A stretch of 29,126 bases of DNA from Oligoflexales bacterium. GTDB lineage: Bacteria; Bdellovibrionota_B; Oligoflexia; Oligoflexales; RGVZ01. A program made the position numbers and the translations under genes. Positions 1 through 8,091 of the stretch are shown here, piece after piece. The notes beneath the pieces are model-generated. The model was not told the origin of the DNA and did no database searches. It was given only the letters and a program-made list of their open reading frames with translations. Position 1 is the stretch's first letter. Every line of letters begins with the position of its first letter. The stretch covers positions 1 to 29,126 of the forward strand of contig JBIIGV010000025.1 of the NCBI GenBank assembly GCA_044236265.1. Direction: 5' to 3'.

Positions 1-58
1 TGACAGACGTTGTTCATTGTCAGTAGAGAGTCAGGTGTCTCATGTAGATCATTCAAAT

Positions 59-1057
59 CTACCATCGCAACACCGCACCTCCCCACGTGAATCCAGAACC
101 AAAAGCTGCGAGTCCAATGAGTTGACCTTTTTTTACGTCCCCACGACGGACCATCTCATCAAGTAGAATCGGAATCGAAGCTGACGAACAGTTGCCATAA
201 CGATCAATATTGAAAGGACATTTCTCCATCGGAATGCTCATCAATCCAGCGACGTGTTCATTAATGCGCAAGTTAGCCTGATGAAACAGCCACCAATCAA
301 TGTCAGGCGTGGTTAGACTGAGGGAAGCCAAGGTCTCTTGAATGACTTCCGGGAGTCTAGTGACCGCATGTTTAAAAACAAATTTTCCATCCATTTTAGG
401 ATGAACTCCACCCTCTGCAACGATTTCAGGACTTACATGGGGAGATTTTGCCAAACTTGGATACTCAACCCAGAGGCGTTCTGCATGTTCGCCCTCACTG
501 TGAAGCAACACTGACATGATACCACGCTCGACATCAAGACTAGGTTCAACAACAACTGCTCCAGCGCCGTCACCAAATAGCACCGCCGTATCCCGGCCAC
601 GATCTGAAAAATCGAGGGCTCGGGATTGAACTTCAACAGATACCAACAAAACTCTTTTATACTGGCAACTGTTCACGAAGGCCTTGGCCACCGATAGTCC
701 GTACAAAAACCCAGAACACTGTGCCCTTAGATCAAACGCTGGGATGGTACCAATATTGAGCTTTCTTTGAATAAATGCCGCTGTTCCTGGAAACGTATGT
801 TCAGACGACAGCGTCGTTACAAGCAGTAGATCGATATCATTCGGCTTGAGACCTGCTGATTCAATGGCCTTTAATGCAGCCTCAACGCCGATGTCGGACG
901 GCGCTATGCCGTCATCAACATGTCGTCTTGCACTAATGCCGCTGCGCTGTTGAATCCATTCATCAGATGTATTCATTAATTTCGCAAGATCATGATTCGT
1001 AACAATACGATTTGGAACACAGTGACCCGTACCAGTAATGCGTGCATTAATTGCCAT
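59..1057 (-). CDS. fabH: 3-oxoacyl-ACP synthase III (FabH family), 332 aa
   Basis: Catalytic triad motifs AQCSGF (Cys), FHQAN (His) and YGNCSSAS (Asn); TSDEWIQQRSGI, LFGDGAGA and FGSGFTWG also present. Start set at ATG 1057, which has a GGAG SD, instead of the ORF-track start at 1084. Confidence 0.93.
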   Translation of the reverse strand: MAINARITGTGHCVPNRIVTNHDLAKLMNTSDEWIQQRSGISARRHVDDGIAPSDIGVEAALKAIESAGLKPNDIDLLLVTTLSSEHTFPGTAAFIQRKLNIGTIPAFDLRAQCSGFLYGLSVAKAFVNSCQYKRVLLVSVEVQSRALDFSDRGRDTAVLFGDGAGAVVVEPSLDVERGIMSVLLHSEGEHAERLWVEYPSLAKSPHVSPEIVAEGGVHPKMDGKFVFKHAVTRLPEVIQETLASLSLTTPDIDWWLFHQANLRINEHVAGLMSIPMEKCPFNIDRYGNCSSASIPILLDEMVRRGDVKKGQLIGLAAFGSGFTWGGAVLRW

Positions 1058-1070
1058 AGTTAAGACTCCG

Positions 1071-1095
1071 AGCTGATATTTCACAAATATTAGCT
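1071..1095. promoter_or_regulatory. Imperfect 11-3-11 inverted repeat just upstream of the fabH SD (candidate operator or leader hairpin)
   Basis: AGCTGATATTT-cac-AAATATTAGCT; 10 of 11 positions complementary; 13 bp from the fabH ATG. Confidence 0.4.
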
Positions 1096-1138
1096 GGTGA
1101 GTTCTTTATAAAATTAAAAAAGGTGTAAAGATTTCGTT

Positions 1139-4100
1139 TTAATTCAAATCCATTGACTCGCGGTGCAATGAGCCCGGCATAAAACTGTAAAAGCACGGCA
1201 CAACCAAAAGCGTTAATACCGTAGAAACCAAAACACCCCCGATGACTGCAATGGCCATCGGCGCTCGAGACTCCGCGCCTGGACCAAATGTCATGGCCGC
1301 TGGAATTGCAGCCACAATTGTGGAGATTGACGTCATAAGAATCGGACGCAGACGCGTTGGGCATGCTTCAATCAAAGCCTCCCTGACACCCAAGCCCTCT
1401 TCGCGCTTTTGATTCGTGAAGTCGACCAACAAAATGGAATTCTTCTTTACAATACCCGTGAGCAGAATGATTCCAATTGCACTGTAGATATTTAGACTCT
1501 GATCCATAAGGAGAAGCGCAAGAAACGCACCCGTGATGGAAAATGGAAGCGCAAGAAGAACCGTAATCGGGTGAATGAAACTATTAAACTGCGCAGCTAA
1601 AACCATGTAAGCCACAGCAATACCTAACAACAACGCAAAACGAAGACCTCCGAATGCCTCCGCAAATGAATTAGAGCTGCCACCGGCTACAATCCTGTAA
1701 CCCTCAGGTAAGATAGCTGCGATATCTGCTTGTAGCTTTGCAATCGCATCGGCCTGAGAAACCTTCGGAGCCAAATTTCCGTAAACAGCGATGGCGCGCT
1801 CGCGATCTTGCCGCGTGATGCTGGTAACACCCTTTTCCACGGCAATTGAGGCAACATCAGCCAGTGGAACAAGCTCCCCACGATTGTTGCGCAACAAAAT
1901 CTTCCGAATGTCATCAGGATCTGCTCGTTCATTCGCAGTCAACCTGACCCGCACATCATATCTGTTGCCGCCGCGGGTGAATGAACCTGCCGTAGTTCCA
2001 CCAAACAAAGCACCGACCGTTTCTCCAATGTCTGCGGCACTGATACCCCGCTCCGCAGCTTTCCGTCGATCTGGCTTAACGTGAACTTCATCCACAAACC
2101 CCCGGAAGTCACTATCAACATCTGTCACAAGTCCAGATTTTTCCATCAACTCCCGAACCGTTTTGACTTTCTCCGTGAGTGTCGTCCAGTCAGGCCCCTT
2201 TAAGCTAAATTCCACGGGATACCCCCGTCGCCCACCAAAGCCACTTAGGGATAGATCCTGAACAAATGCGCGAACTCCCTTAATCTCCTTTAGGTCATTG
2301 CGCAACTTCACCGCAAACTCTTGTTGGCTCAGCTTCTTCTTAAGAGCGCTGTCAATCGATCGCTCAGCTAAGGGTTTTAGAGTGACAAAAAGCACGGCGG
2401 AGCTCACGTCACCTCCGCCAAAGCCACCGACTGACCCAAAATAGCGCGCCACATCTGGCATGCTTGCAACCTTGGCCTCAACCTCTGCCATTTTTCGATC
2501 CATGTGATCCAGCGAGGATCCTTCGGGTGTTTTCAGACGAATTAAGAGCGACCCTTGATCCTGTGGCGGGACGAACTCTTTGCGAAGGGGCCTCACCAGC
2601 ATGAGGCTACCAGCAAAAATCAATCCACTAACAACAAGAACCAGCCAGCGATGCTGAAGTGCTTTTGGCAAAATCGCACCATAAAGAGATGCTAATTTTT
2701 GCAAGATCATCTCGATGCCTTGTCCTAGCTTCGTCTTACGGGGGCCCACATATAGAAACTGCGAGCAACGCATAGGCGCAAGAGTCAAAGCCTCAACCAG
2801 GGATAATAAAACAGCCACAGAAATGGTGACGCCAAACTGAAAAAAGTACTTTCCGATCACACCCTTCATGAAAGCTACAGGCAAGAAGATGGCCACAACA
2901 GCGACCGTAGCTGCCAATGCAGCAAAGCCGATCTCGACAGCACCATCACGCGCTGCGCGGACCTTGCCTTTCTTCATCTCACGATGGCGAACGATATTTT
3001 CAAGCACCATAATGGCGTCATCAACCACAATTCCAATGGCCAACGAAAGTCCAAGGAGCGTAAATAGGTTCAAAGTAAAATTCAGCGACTTGAGTACGAT
3101 AAACGATCCAATAATTGACGTTGGTATCGCTAAGATCACGTTAATCGTCGCCGACATGGATCCAAGAAACAACCAACAGACAAAAGCCGTGAATATCGCT
3201 GCTAGTACGATCGTCAAATTCAGCTCATCGATACTTTCTTCAATAAACTTCGTCGAATCAAAATTGACGGCAATATCCATCCCCTCGGGGAGACTCTTTT
3301 TCAGATCGGTGATCCGCTGCTTCACGGCCTTGGCAACGGCCACTGCGTTGGAACCTCGTTGCTTTTTGATTCCAAACCCAACCGCTGGCGCCCCCATAGC
3401 GCGACTTCGACGGCGCGCATCCGCCAAGCCGTCTTCAACCTGAGCCAAATCCTTCAGATAGATCTGGCTAAAAACCGGACTTCCGCCACGTCGGGCGATG
3501 GGAATTGCTCCTAATTCCTCCGCAGAACTAGCCTCACTCATCGAGCGTATGGAAAGCTCCTTGTCCTTACTTTCAATGCGGCCTGCGGGAACTTCAAGGT
3601 GCTCTGATTTTATGGCTGCAATAACATCCGAAACGGTCATTGAAAATCTTGACAATTTAGCTTGTGAAAGATCAACGCGCATCGCGGGATCCACAAGTCC
3701 GCCGATATTGACATCAGCAACACCTGGCACGGTCAAAAACTTGGTGCGAAGTTGGTTACTAACAAAAGCCATCAGATCGCGAGGTGCCATTTTATCTGAT
3801 GAAACCGCCAGCCACATAATAGGCTGATCTTCTGGATTTGACTTTGATACGCTTGGTACATCAGTATCCTTCGGAAAACGCCTTTGAATTTGTGCCAACT
3901 TGGTCTGAATCTCTTGAACAGCAACATCAAGGTTCTTTTCGAGGTCAAACTCAAGACTGACAGATGCCGATCCTGGCCGCATTGTACTGGATATGGATGT
4001 GATTCCTTCGACTGAAATAACTGCATTTTCAATCAGGTCTACAACCTCTGACTCCATAACTTCAGGGGAAGCACCCTCAAGTGACGTGGATATAGAGACC

Positions 4101-4231
4101 ACTGGAAAGTCTACGTCCGGTAGCTGACTGATACCCATACCGCGAAAAGCGAGCGCACCAAACAAGATCAAACTGATCATCAGCATCCATGCGAATACCG
4201 GTCGACGAATCGAGAGTTCAGAAATATTCAT
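1139..4231 (-). CDS. RND efflux permease, AcrB/AcrD/AcrF family, 1030 aa
   Basis: N-terminal SIRRPV and LPDVDFP; proton-relay motifs GIVVDDAI, GIVKKNSILL and RLRPILMTS; 1+5+1+5 TM layout with two large periplasmic loops. Confidence 0.95.
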   Translation of the reverse strand: MNISELSIRRPVFAWMLMISLILFGALAFRGMGISQLPDVDFPVVSISTSLEGASPEVMESEVVDLIENAVISVEGITSISSTMRPGSASVSLEFDLEKNLDVAVQEIQTKLAQIQRRFPKDTDVPSVSKSNPEDQPIMWLAVSSDKMAPRDLMAFVSNQLRTKFLTVPGVADVNIGGLVDPAMRVDLSQAKLSRFSMTVSDVIAAIKSEHLEVPAGRIESKDKELSIRSMSEASSAEELGAIPIARRGGSPVFSQIYLKDLAQVEDGLADARRRSRAMGAPAVGFGIKKQRGSNAVAVAKAVKQRITDLKKSLPEGMDIAVNFDSTKFIEESIDELNLTIVLAAIFTAFVCWLFLGSMSATINVILAIPTSIIGSFIVLKSLNFTLNLFTLLGLSLAIGIVVDDAIMVLENIVRHREMKKGKVRAARDGAVEIGFAALAATVAVVAIFLPVAFMKGVIGKYFFQFGVTISVAVLLSLVEALTLAPMRCSQFLYVGPRKTKLGQGIEMILQKLASLYGAILPKALQHRWLVLVVSGLIFAGSLMLVRPLRKEFVPPQDQGSLLIRLKTPEGSSLDHMDRKMAEVEAKVASMPDVARYFGSVGGFGGGDVSSAVLFVTLKPLAERSIDSALKKKLSQQEFAVKLRNDLKEIKGVRAFVQDLSLSGFGGRRGYPVEFSLKGPDWTTLTEKVKTVRELMEKSGLVTDVDSDFRGFVDEVHVKPDRRKAAERGISAADIGETVGALFGGTTAGSFTRGGNRYDVRVRLTANERADPDDIRKILLRNNRGELVPLADVASIAVEKGVTSITRQDRERAIAVYGNLAPKVSQADAIAKLQADIAAILPEGYRIVAGGSSNSFAEAFGGLRFALLLGIAVAYMVLAAQFNSFIHPITVLLALPFSITGAFLALLLMDQSLNIYSAIGIILLTGIVKKNSILLVDFTNQKREEGLGVREALIEACPTRLRPILMTSISTIVAAIPAAMTFGPGAESRAPMAIAVIGGVLVSTVLTLLVVPCFYSFMPGSLHRESMDLN

Positions 4232-5547
4232 CGCGATGCTCCCTCGAGATCACCTAAGACCAAATGCAGCTGTCTCACGCTCTCCCCATATTTGTATTTT
4301 GACTTCTGAGCCGCACGCTGAGCATCAATGGATGCATTCAGTACTTGCAAGGTCTCAAGGCTGCTCGCAAGTCCTTTGCGCTCATCACTAGCCATGATCT
4401 GATAGTATTGGGTCGATTTTTTAGCCGCATCTTCCAGAGAGTTCAGTTGCAGCAGCCCGGTTGTTACGACCTCCCAAAGCTCCCTGGCTTCATCCTCGGC
4501 CAAACGCTTTAACTGCCCAGCTAAAGCCTTCTGTTTCTGCACTACTGCAACGGCTTCATTAACTTTTGCTGACACCAGACCTCCAGCATAAAGCGGCAGC
4601 GATGCTGAAAGGGTTACGTCCCAGTTGCCAGATGCTTTCTGCGACTCGGGACGTTTCACGTAATAATTGCCACCAATATCCAACACCGGGAAATGACCTG
4701 CTCGGGCGATAGCTATGTTCTCATCAGCGATCGTGACACCAAGGTCCGCTGCTTGAATATCCGGTCGCTGATGGACGCGGCTACGTAATTCGTCCCATGA
4801 TTTAATTGCTAGCGGGGGTTTTCCTACAGGCTCACATACGGTTTGTACATTTTTGCCAGTGACGGACTGTAGCTGACGAACAGCACTATCCAATCCAAGT
4901 CTTGCAACTTCATATTGCGCATCAGCATTGGCGACCTGAACCTCCGCGCCAAGGCCGTCTGCAGACTTTGAACGTCCGATAGCAACACGTCCCTGGATAT
5001 TTTTAAGCCGCCTCCGGGATAGCTCTCTCAGTTCGGATGTTGACTTAAGCTCAGCCTGGGCAATTAAGACTTGAAAAGCCTTGGAGATGACATCGCGAGC
5101 AACTTTTATCCTTGCTCCTTCCTGCTGCTTTGCTCCTTGGCTTGCCTGCTGTTCAGCCCTGCGCAAAGCAGCATATTCAGCACCACCTGCAAAAAGAGGC
5201 TGACTGAGGGTCAATTTAGCTGTGGTTGGAAAGGCTTCGTCGCTGCTGTTAACTTTAGATTTTGATTGATCTTGTTTCACGACTGCCGCAGTGGCTTTGA
5301 GTGTTGGCTTGACCGCCGCTTTTGCAGCCTCGTATTGCTCGACAGCTATCAATGCATCGGCACTCTGGGCTTTTAACGTCTCCGAAACATTCGCTGATTC
5401 AGCCACCAAATCCCCGAGCGTTGTACACGCCAGCGGAGACTCTGTTTTTTTATCAAGGCCTTGAGCTACTCCTAAACGTTCCCCAGAAAGAATCGCAACG
5501 AGCATATAAATCAAAAGGGCCCAACATGGAGAAAATCGCAAAAGCAT
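4228..5547 (-). CDS. TolC-family outer membrane efflux protein, 439 aa
   Basis: Hydrophobic signal peptide; two OEP repeats (LSQPLFAGG and ASLPLYAGG), RPDIQAA, ARAGHFPVL; AGGAG SD; ATGA overlap with the RND gene. Confidence 0.9.
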   Translation of the reverse strand: MLLRFSPCWALLIYMLVAILSGERLGVAQGLDKKTESPLACTTLGDLVAESANVSETLKAQSADALIAVEQYEAAKAAVKPTLKATAAVVKQDQSKSKVNSSDEAFPTTAKLTLSQPLFAGGAEYAALRRAEQQASQGAKQQEGARIKVARDVISKAFQVLIAQAELKSTSELRELSRRRLKNIQGRVAIGRSKSADGLGAEVQVANADAQYEVARLGLDSAVRQLQSVTGKNVQTVCEPVGKPPLAIKSWDELRSRVHQRPDIQAADLGVTIADENIAIARAGHFPVLDIGGNYYVKRPESQKASGNWDVTLSASLPLYAGGLVSAKVNEAVAVVQKQKALAGQLKRLAEDEARELWEVVTTGLLQLNSLEDAAKKSTQYYQIMASDERKGLASSLETLQVLNASIDAQRAAQKSKYKYGESVRQLHLVLGDLEGASR

Positions 5548-5616
5548 CTCGCAGACTCCTGTTCCCTGAGTTCGACGGCCAATACAACGCCCTGATATGT
5601 TAGGTCATTAGAAAAT

Positions 5617-5625
5617 AAGATACCA
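5617..5625 (-). promoter_or_regulatory. Candidate extended -10 promoter for tolC-RND
   Basis: Minus strand reads TGGTATCTT (TGn plus TATCTT), about 70 bp upstream of the tolC ATG. Confidence 0.3.
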
Positions 5626-5648
5626 GCGAAAGACGAGGACGCACTCCA

Positions 5649-6272
5649 TCACGTCAATGATGGTTTTGCACGGGAGACAAAGTTTGAATCTTTGATGAAA
5701 AATCGCCAGGGAAGGTCGACTCCTTGACTGATACCTATTCTGCCGGATGTCGCCACCTCGACACGACGGTGTCGAGGTTGTTGCAAGCGCAGAGGGCCCT
5801 CAGCGAGTGAAATCTGATGATACCGTTGATCAATACCCATCGCCAGAGTGAGTTTACCTGGACCGTTGGCGAGATCCTCGCGCTTCTTCACTTTTGGTCG
5901 ATTTTTCCAAAACTGCTCTTCACCGATGCAGGGTTCAACCGCTCTGATAAGCACCGCGCCCGGGGTCCCGATGGGATCAGTGACCACATTGAGTAACCAA
6001 TACATACCGTAATTCAAGTAGATGTATGTAAATCCAGGAGCCCCAAAAAGCTCCTCTCCTTTGCCCGATGCATTCGGGTTCGTCTTCCGCTTTTGCTCAA
6101 GATGCCATGCATGACAAGCAGGGTCATTTGTGGTGTAGGCTTCTGTCTCAACGATGAGTCCACCAATGGCTTCTTGACCCGGATGCTCTACGATGAGTCT
6201 GCACCCGAGAAGCTCTTGAGCCACAACGACCGCGGGACGCTCATAGAAGCTCATCGGAATTTGTGAATACAT
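5649..6272 (-). CDS. mpg: 3-methyladenine DNA glycosylase (AAG/MPG family)
   Basis: VAQELLG, IVETEAY, DPACHA, YLNYGMYWLLNVV, AVLIRAVEP, NGPGKL, RIGIS and PWRF motifs. Start is ATG 6272 or ATG 6296; the ORF-track start at 6368 overlaps dinB and is unlikely. Confidence 0.92.
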   Translation of the reverse strand: MYSQIPMSFYERPAVVVAQELLGCRLIVEHPGQEAIGGLIVETEAYTTNDPACHAWHLEQKRKTNPNASGKGEELFGAPGFTYIYLNYGMYWLLNVVTDPIGTPGAVLIRAVEPCIGEEQFWKNRPKVKKREDLANGPGKLTLAMGIDQRYHQISLAEGPLRLQQPRHRRVEVATSGRIGISQGVDLPWRFFIKDSNFVSRAKPSLT

Positions 6273-6304
6273 CACCGTCTCAAACTGGATGCCCATAATT
6301 TTGT

Positions 6305-6314
6305 ATGGTATCAT
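6305..6314. promoter_or_regulatory. Symmetric bidirectional extended -10 element between mpg and dinB
   Basis: ATGGTATCAT: plus strand reads TG-G-TATCAT, 6 nt before the dinB ATG; minus strand reads TG-A-TACCAT, 8 nt before the in-frame mpg ATG at 6296. Confidence 0.55.
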
Positions 6315-6320
6315 GGATAT

Positions 6321-7373
6321 ATGGAGCAACCAACTGAATTCACTCCAAGGCCTCGCAAGATCGTCCATATTGACATGGACGCCTTTTATGCGAACGTTGA
6401 AATTCTCGATCGTCCAGAGTTACGAGGATTACCCGTAGTTGTTGGTGGACAACCTGGGACTCGAAGCGTTGTATGCACTGCCAGCTATGAAGCAAGAAAA
6501 TTTGGGGTGAAATCGGCCATGCCAACCACCTTAGCTGCAAAACTTTGCCCCAATGCCATATTTTTGCCGCCGCGATTTGACCGATATAAGGAAATTTCTT
6601 CAAAAGTCCGAGCCATTTTTCAGCGCTATACGGATCTGATAGAACCTCTATCTCTCGATGAAGCCTATCTTGATGTATCTGATCATCCAAATTTATTTGC
6701 GACGCAGATTGCAAACCAAATACGCCAATCTGTTCACCAGGAGCTCGGTCTCACCTGCAGTGCTGGTGTTGCGCCGAATAAACTTGTTGCCAAAATAGCC
6801 TCCGATATCAATAAGCCCAACGGCATTACCATCGTGCAACCCCATCAAGTGGAGTCTTTCATGGAAATGTTGCCGCTGCGCAAAATTCACGGTGTCGGTC
6901 CAGCCACTGAAAAGCGACTGGCGGATCTCGGATTTCGTATTTGCAAAGACTTGTGGCACTGCGATCATCAGGTTCTCGAAGCGTCTCTAGGATCCATGGG
7001 GCGCTGGATAGCCAGAGCATCGCGAGGTATTGATCATCGACCAGTTTGCAGCAGCTGGGAGCGTAAAAGTTACGGCCGCGAAGACACTCTTGCCAAAGAT
7101 GAACTTGATCTCAAAAAACTATTCACTCATGTTGATCGTCTATCCGAAAGCGTAGCTAAATCATTGCAGCGAGCAGAAAAAACCGGACGAACCATCACGT
7201 TAAAGCTTAAGTACGCAAACTTTGAGTCAATTACACGTTCAAAATCCACAAGTGAAATGCAAGATTGTGCCGCAATCATCGCATCCACCTGCAAAGAGCT
7301 ACTGACCACAAAAACCGAGGCAGGACAAAGACCAGTTCGCCTGATAGGCGTCAGTGTTTCCAATCTTTGCTGA
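6321..7373 (+). CDS. dinB: DNA polymerase IV (Y-family translesion polymerase), 350 aa
   Basis: HIDMDAFYA, ASYEARKFGVKSAMP, SLDEAYLD, NKLVAKIASDINKPNG, HGVG helix-hairpin-helix, and C-terminal little finger VRLIGV. Confidence 0.96.
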   Translation: MEQPTEFTPRPRKIVHIDMDAFYANVEILDRPELRGLPVVVGGQPGTRSVVCTASYEARKFGVKSAMPTTLAAKLCPNAIFLPPRFDRYKEISSKVRAIFQRYTDLIEPLSLDEAYLDVSDHPNLFATQIANQIRQSVHQELGLTCSAGVAPNKLVAKIASDINKPNGITIVQPHQVESFMEMLPLRKIHGVGPATEKRLADLGFRICKDLWHCDHQVLEASLGSMGRWIARASRGIDHRPVCSSWERKSYGREDTLAKDELDLKKLFTHVDRLSESVAKSLQRAEKTGRTITLKLKYANFESITRSKSTSEMQDCAAIIASTCKELLTTKTEAGQRPVRLIGVSVSNLC

Positions 7374-7377
7374 TGGT

Positions 7378-8091
7378 TTAACGTTGGGCGGCGATGACGC
7401 GCACATCAAGAGACTTGATCCATCCTTCATGCCCATCAGCATCCCAAATACGCAACCAAGGTCCCTCTTTTGCACCCAAAACAAAAACCGGGTACCCTGG
7501 TTTTAAATTAGCAACCACTGAAGATGACTCTATAGGTGATGACATCAAGGGTGCCATGCCACCAGAAATAATGGCCCCCCAATTACCACTGTACCATCGA
7601 TTTAACGCAAAGCCAGCGCCCCCAAAAGTACTAAGTAAGACCCCCAAGACGAGGGATATCTGCAACCATCTACGCCAACGTGTAGCTCGAGAAAAAACAA
7701 TCGTTAGCAAAGCCACAATCAAAAAACCCAAGCCAGCCATAAAAATAGCCTGAATTCCATTTGCAGGTATGGCTGCAGCCGCGGTCACCAAACTCCCTTT
7801 TAAACCGTGCGCACCTAGAGACAAGTCATCCATCGACCCCGTGGATAAACGAAGCGACTCACTGAGCGCATCAGATGTCTTAAGATCACGCTGATCTGAA
7901 GGCACAGATAAAAAAACCGATGTTGCCATAGACGGCTTATTTTGTTTTAAGTACGCCAGTCCGAGGTTATACAAGACTGCGTTTGATGCAGCATTTTCTG
8001 CGACCGCCTCTTCCCCCAACATAATCACCAGAGACCAATCTTTGGTCTCAATCGCCTGATTAAATGTCGCATTGAAGTCGGGCGGTAGCAT
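7378..8091 (-). CDS. BatE-like protein (TPR, two TM helices, C-terminal SH3-like domain), 237 aa
   Basis: TPR motif VLYNLGLAYLK, two hydrophobic segments and an SH3b-like end (W..I...G.EGWI); last gene of the bat cluster; TGATG overlap with batD and AAGGTG SD. Confidence 0.7.
   Translation of the reverse strand: MLPPDFNATFNQAIETKDWSLVIMLGEEAVAENAASNAVLYNLGLAYLKQNKPSMATSVFLSVPSDQRDLKTSDALSESLRLSTGSMDDLSLGAHGLKGSLVTAAAAIPANGIQAIFMAGLGFLIVALLTIVFSRATRWRRWLQISLVLGVLLSTFGGAGFALNRWYSGNWGAIISGGMAPLMSSPIESSSVVANLKPGYPVFVLGAKEGPWLRIWDADGHEGWIKSLDVRVIAAQR

Noticed and set aside
1..58. Possible gene start or TGACA/TGTCA inverted repeat at the left edge
   Set aside because: Too short and truncated to support any call.
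2868..3827. Long plus-strand ORFs opposite the RND gene (similar ones lie opposite batA, DUF58, accC and the FecR-like gene)
   Set aside because: Fully antisense to strongly supported genes, with the Ser/Ala/Thr/Arg-rich composition typical of shadow frames.
6273..6320. LexA/SOS box upstream of dinB
   Set aside because: No CTGT-N8-ACAG, GAAC-N4-GTTC or other clean operator palindrome beyond the -10 symmetry itself.
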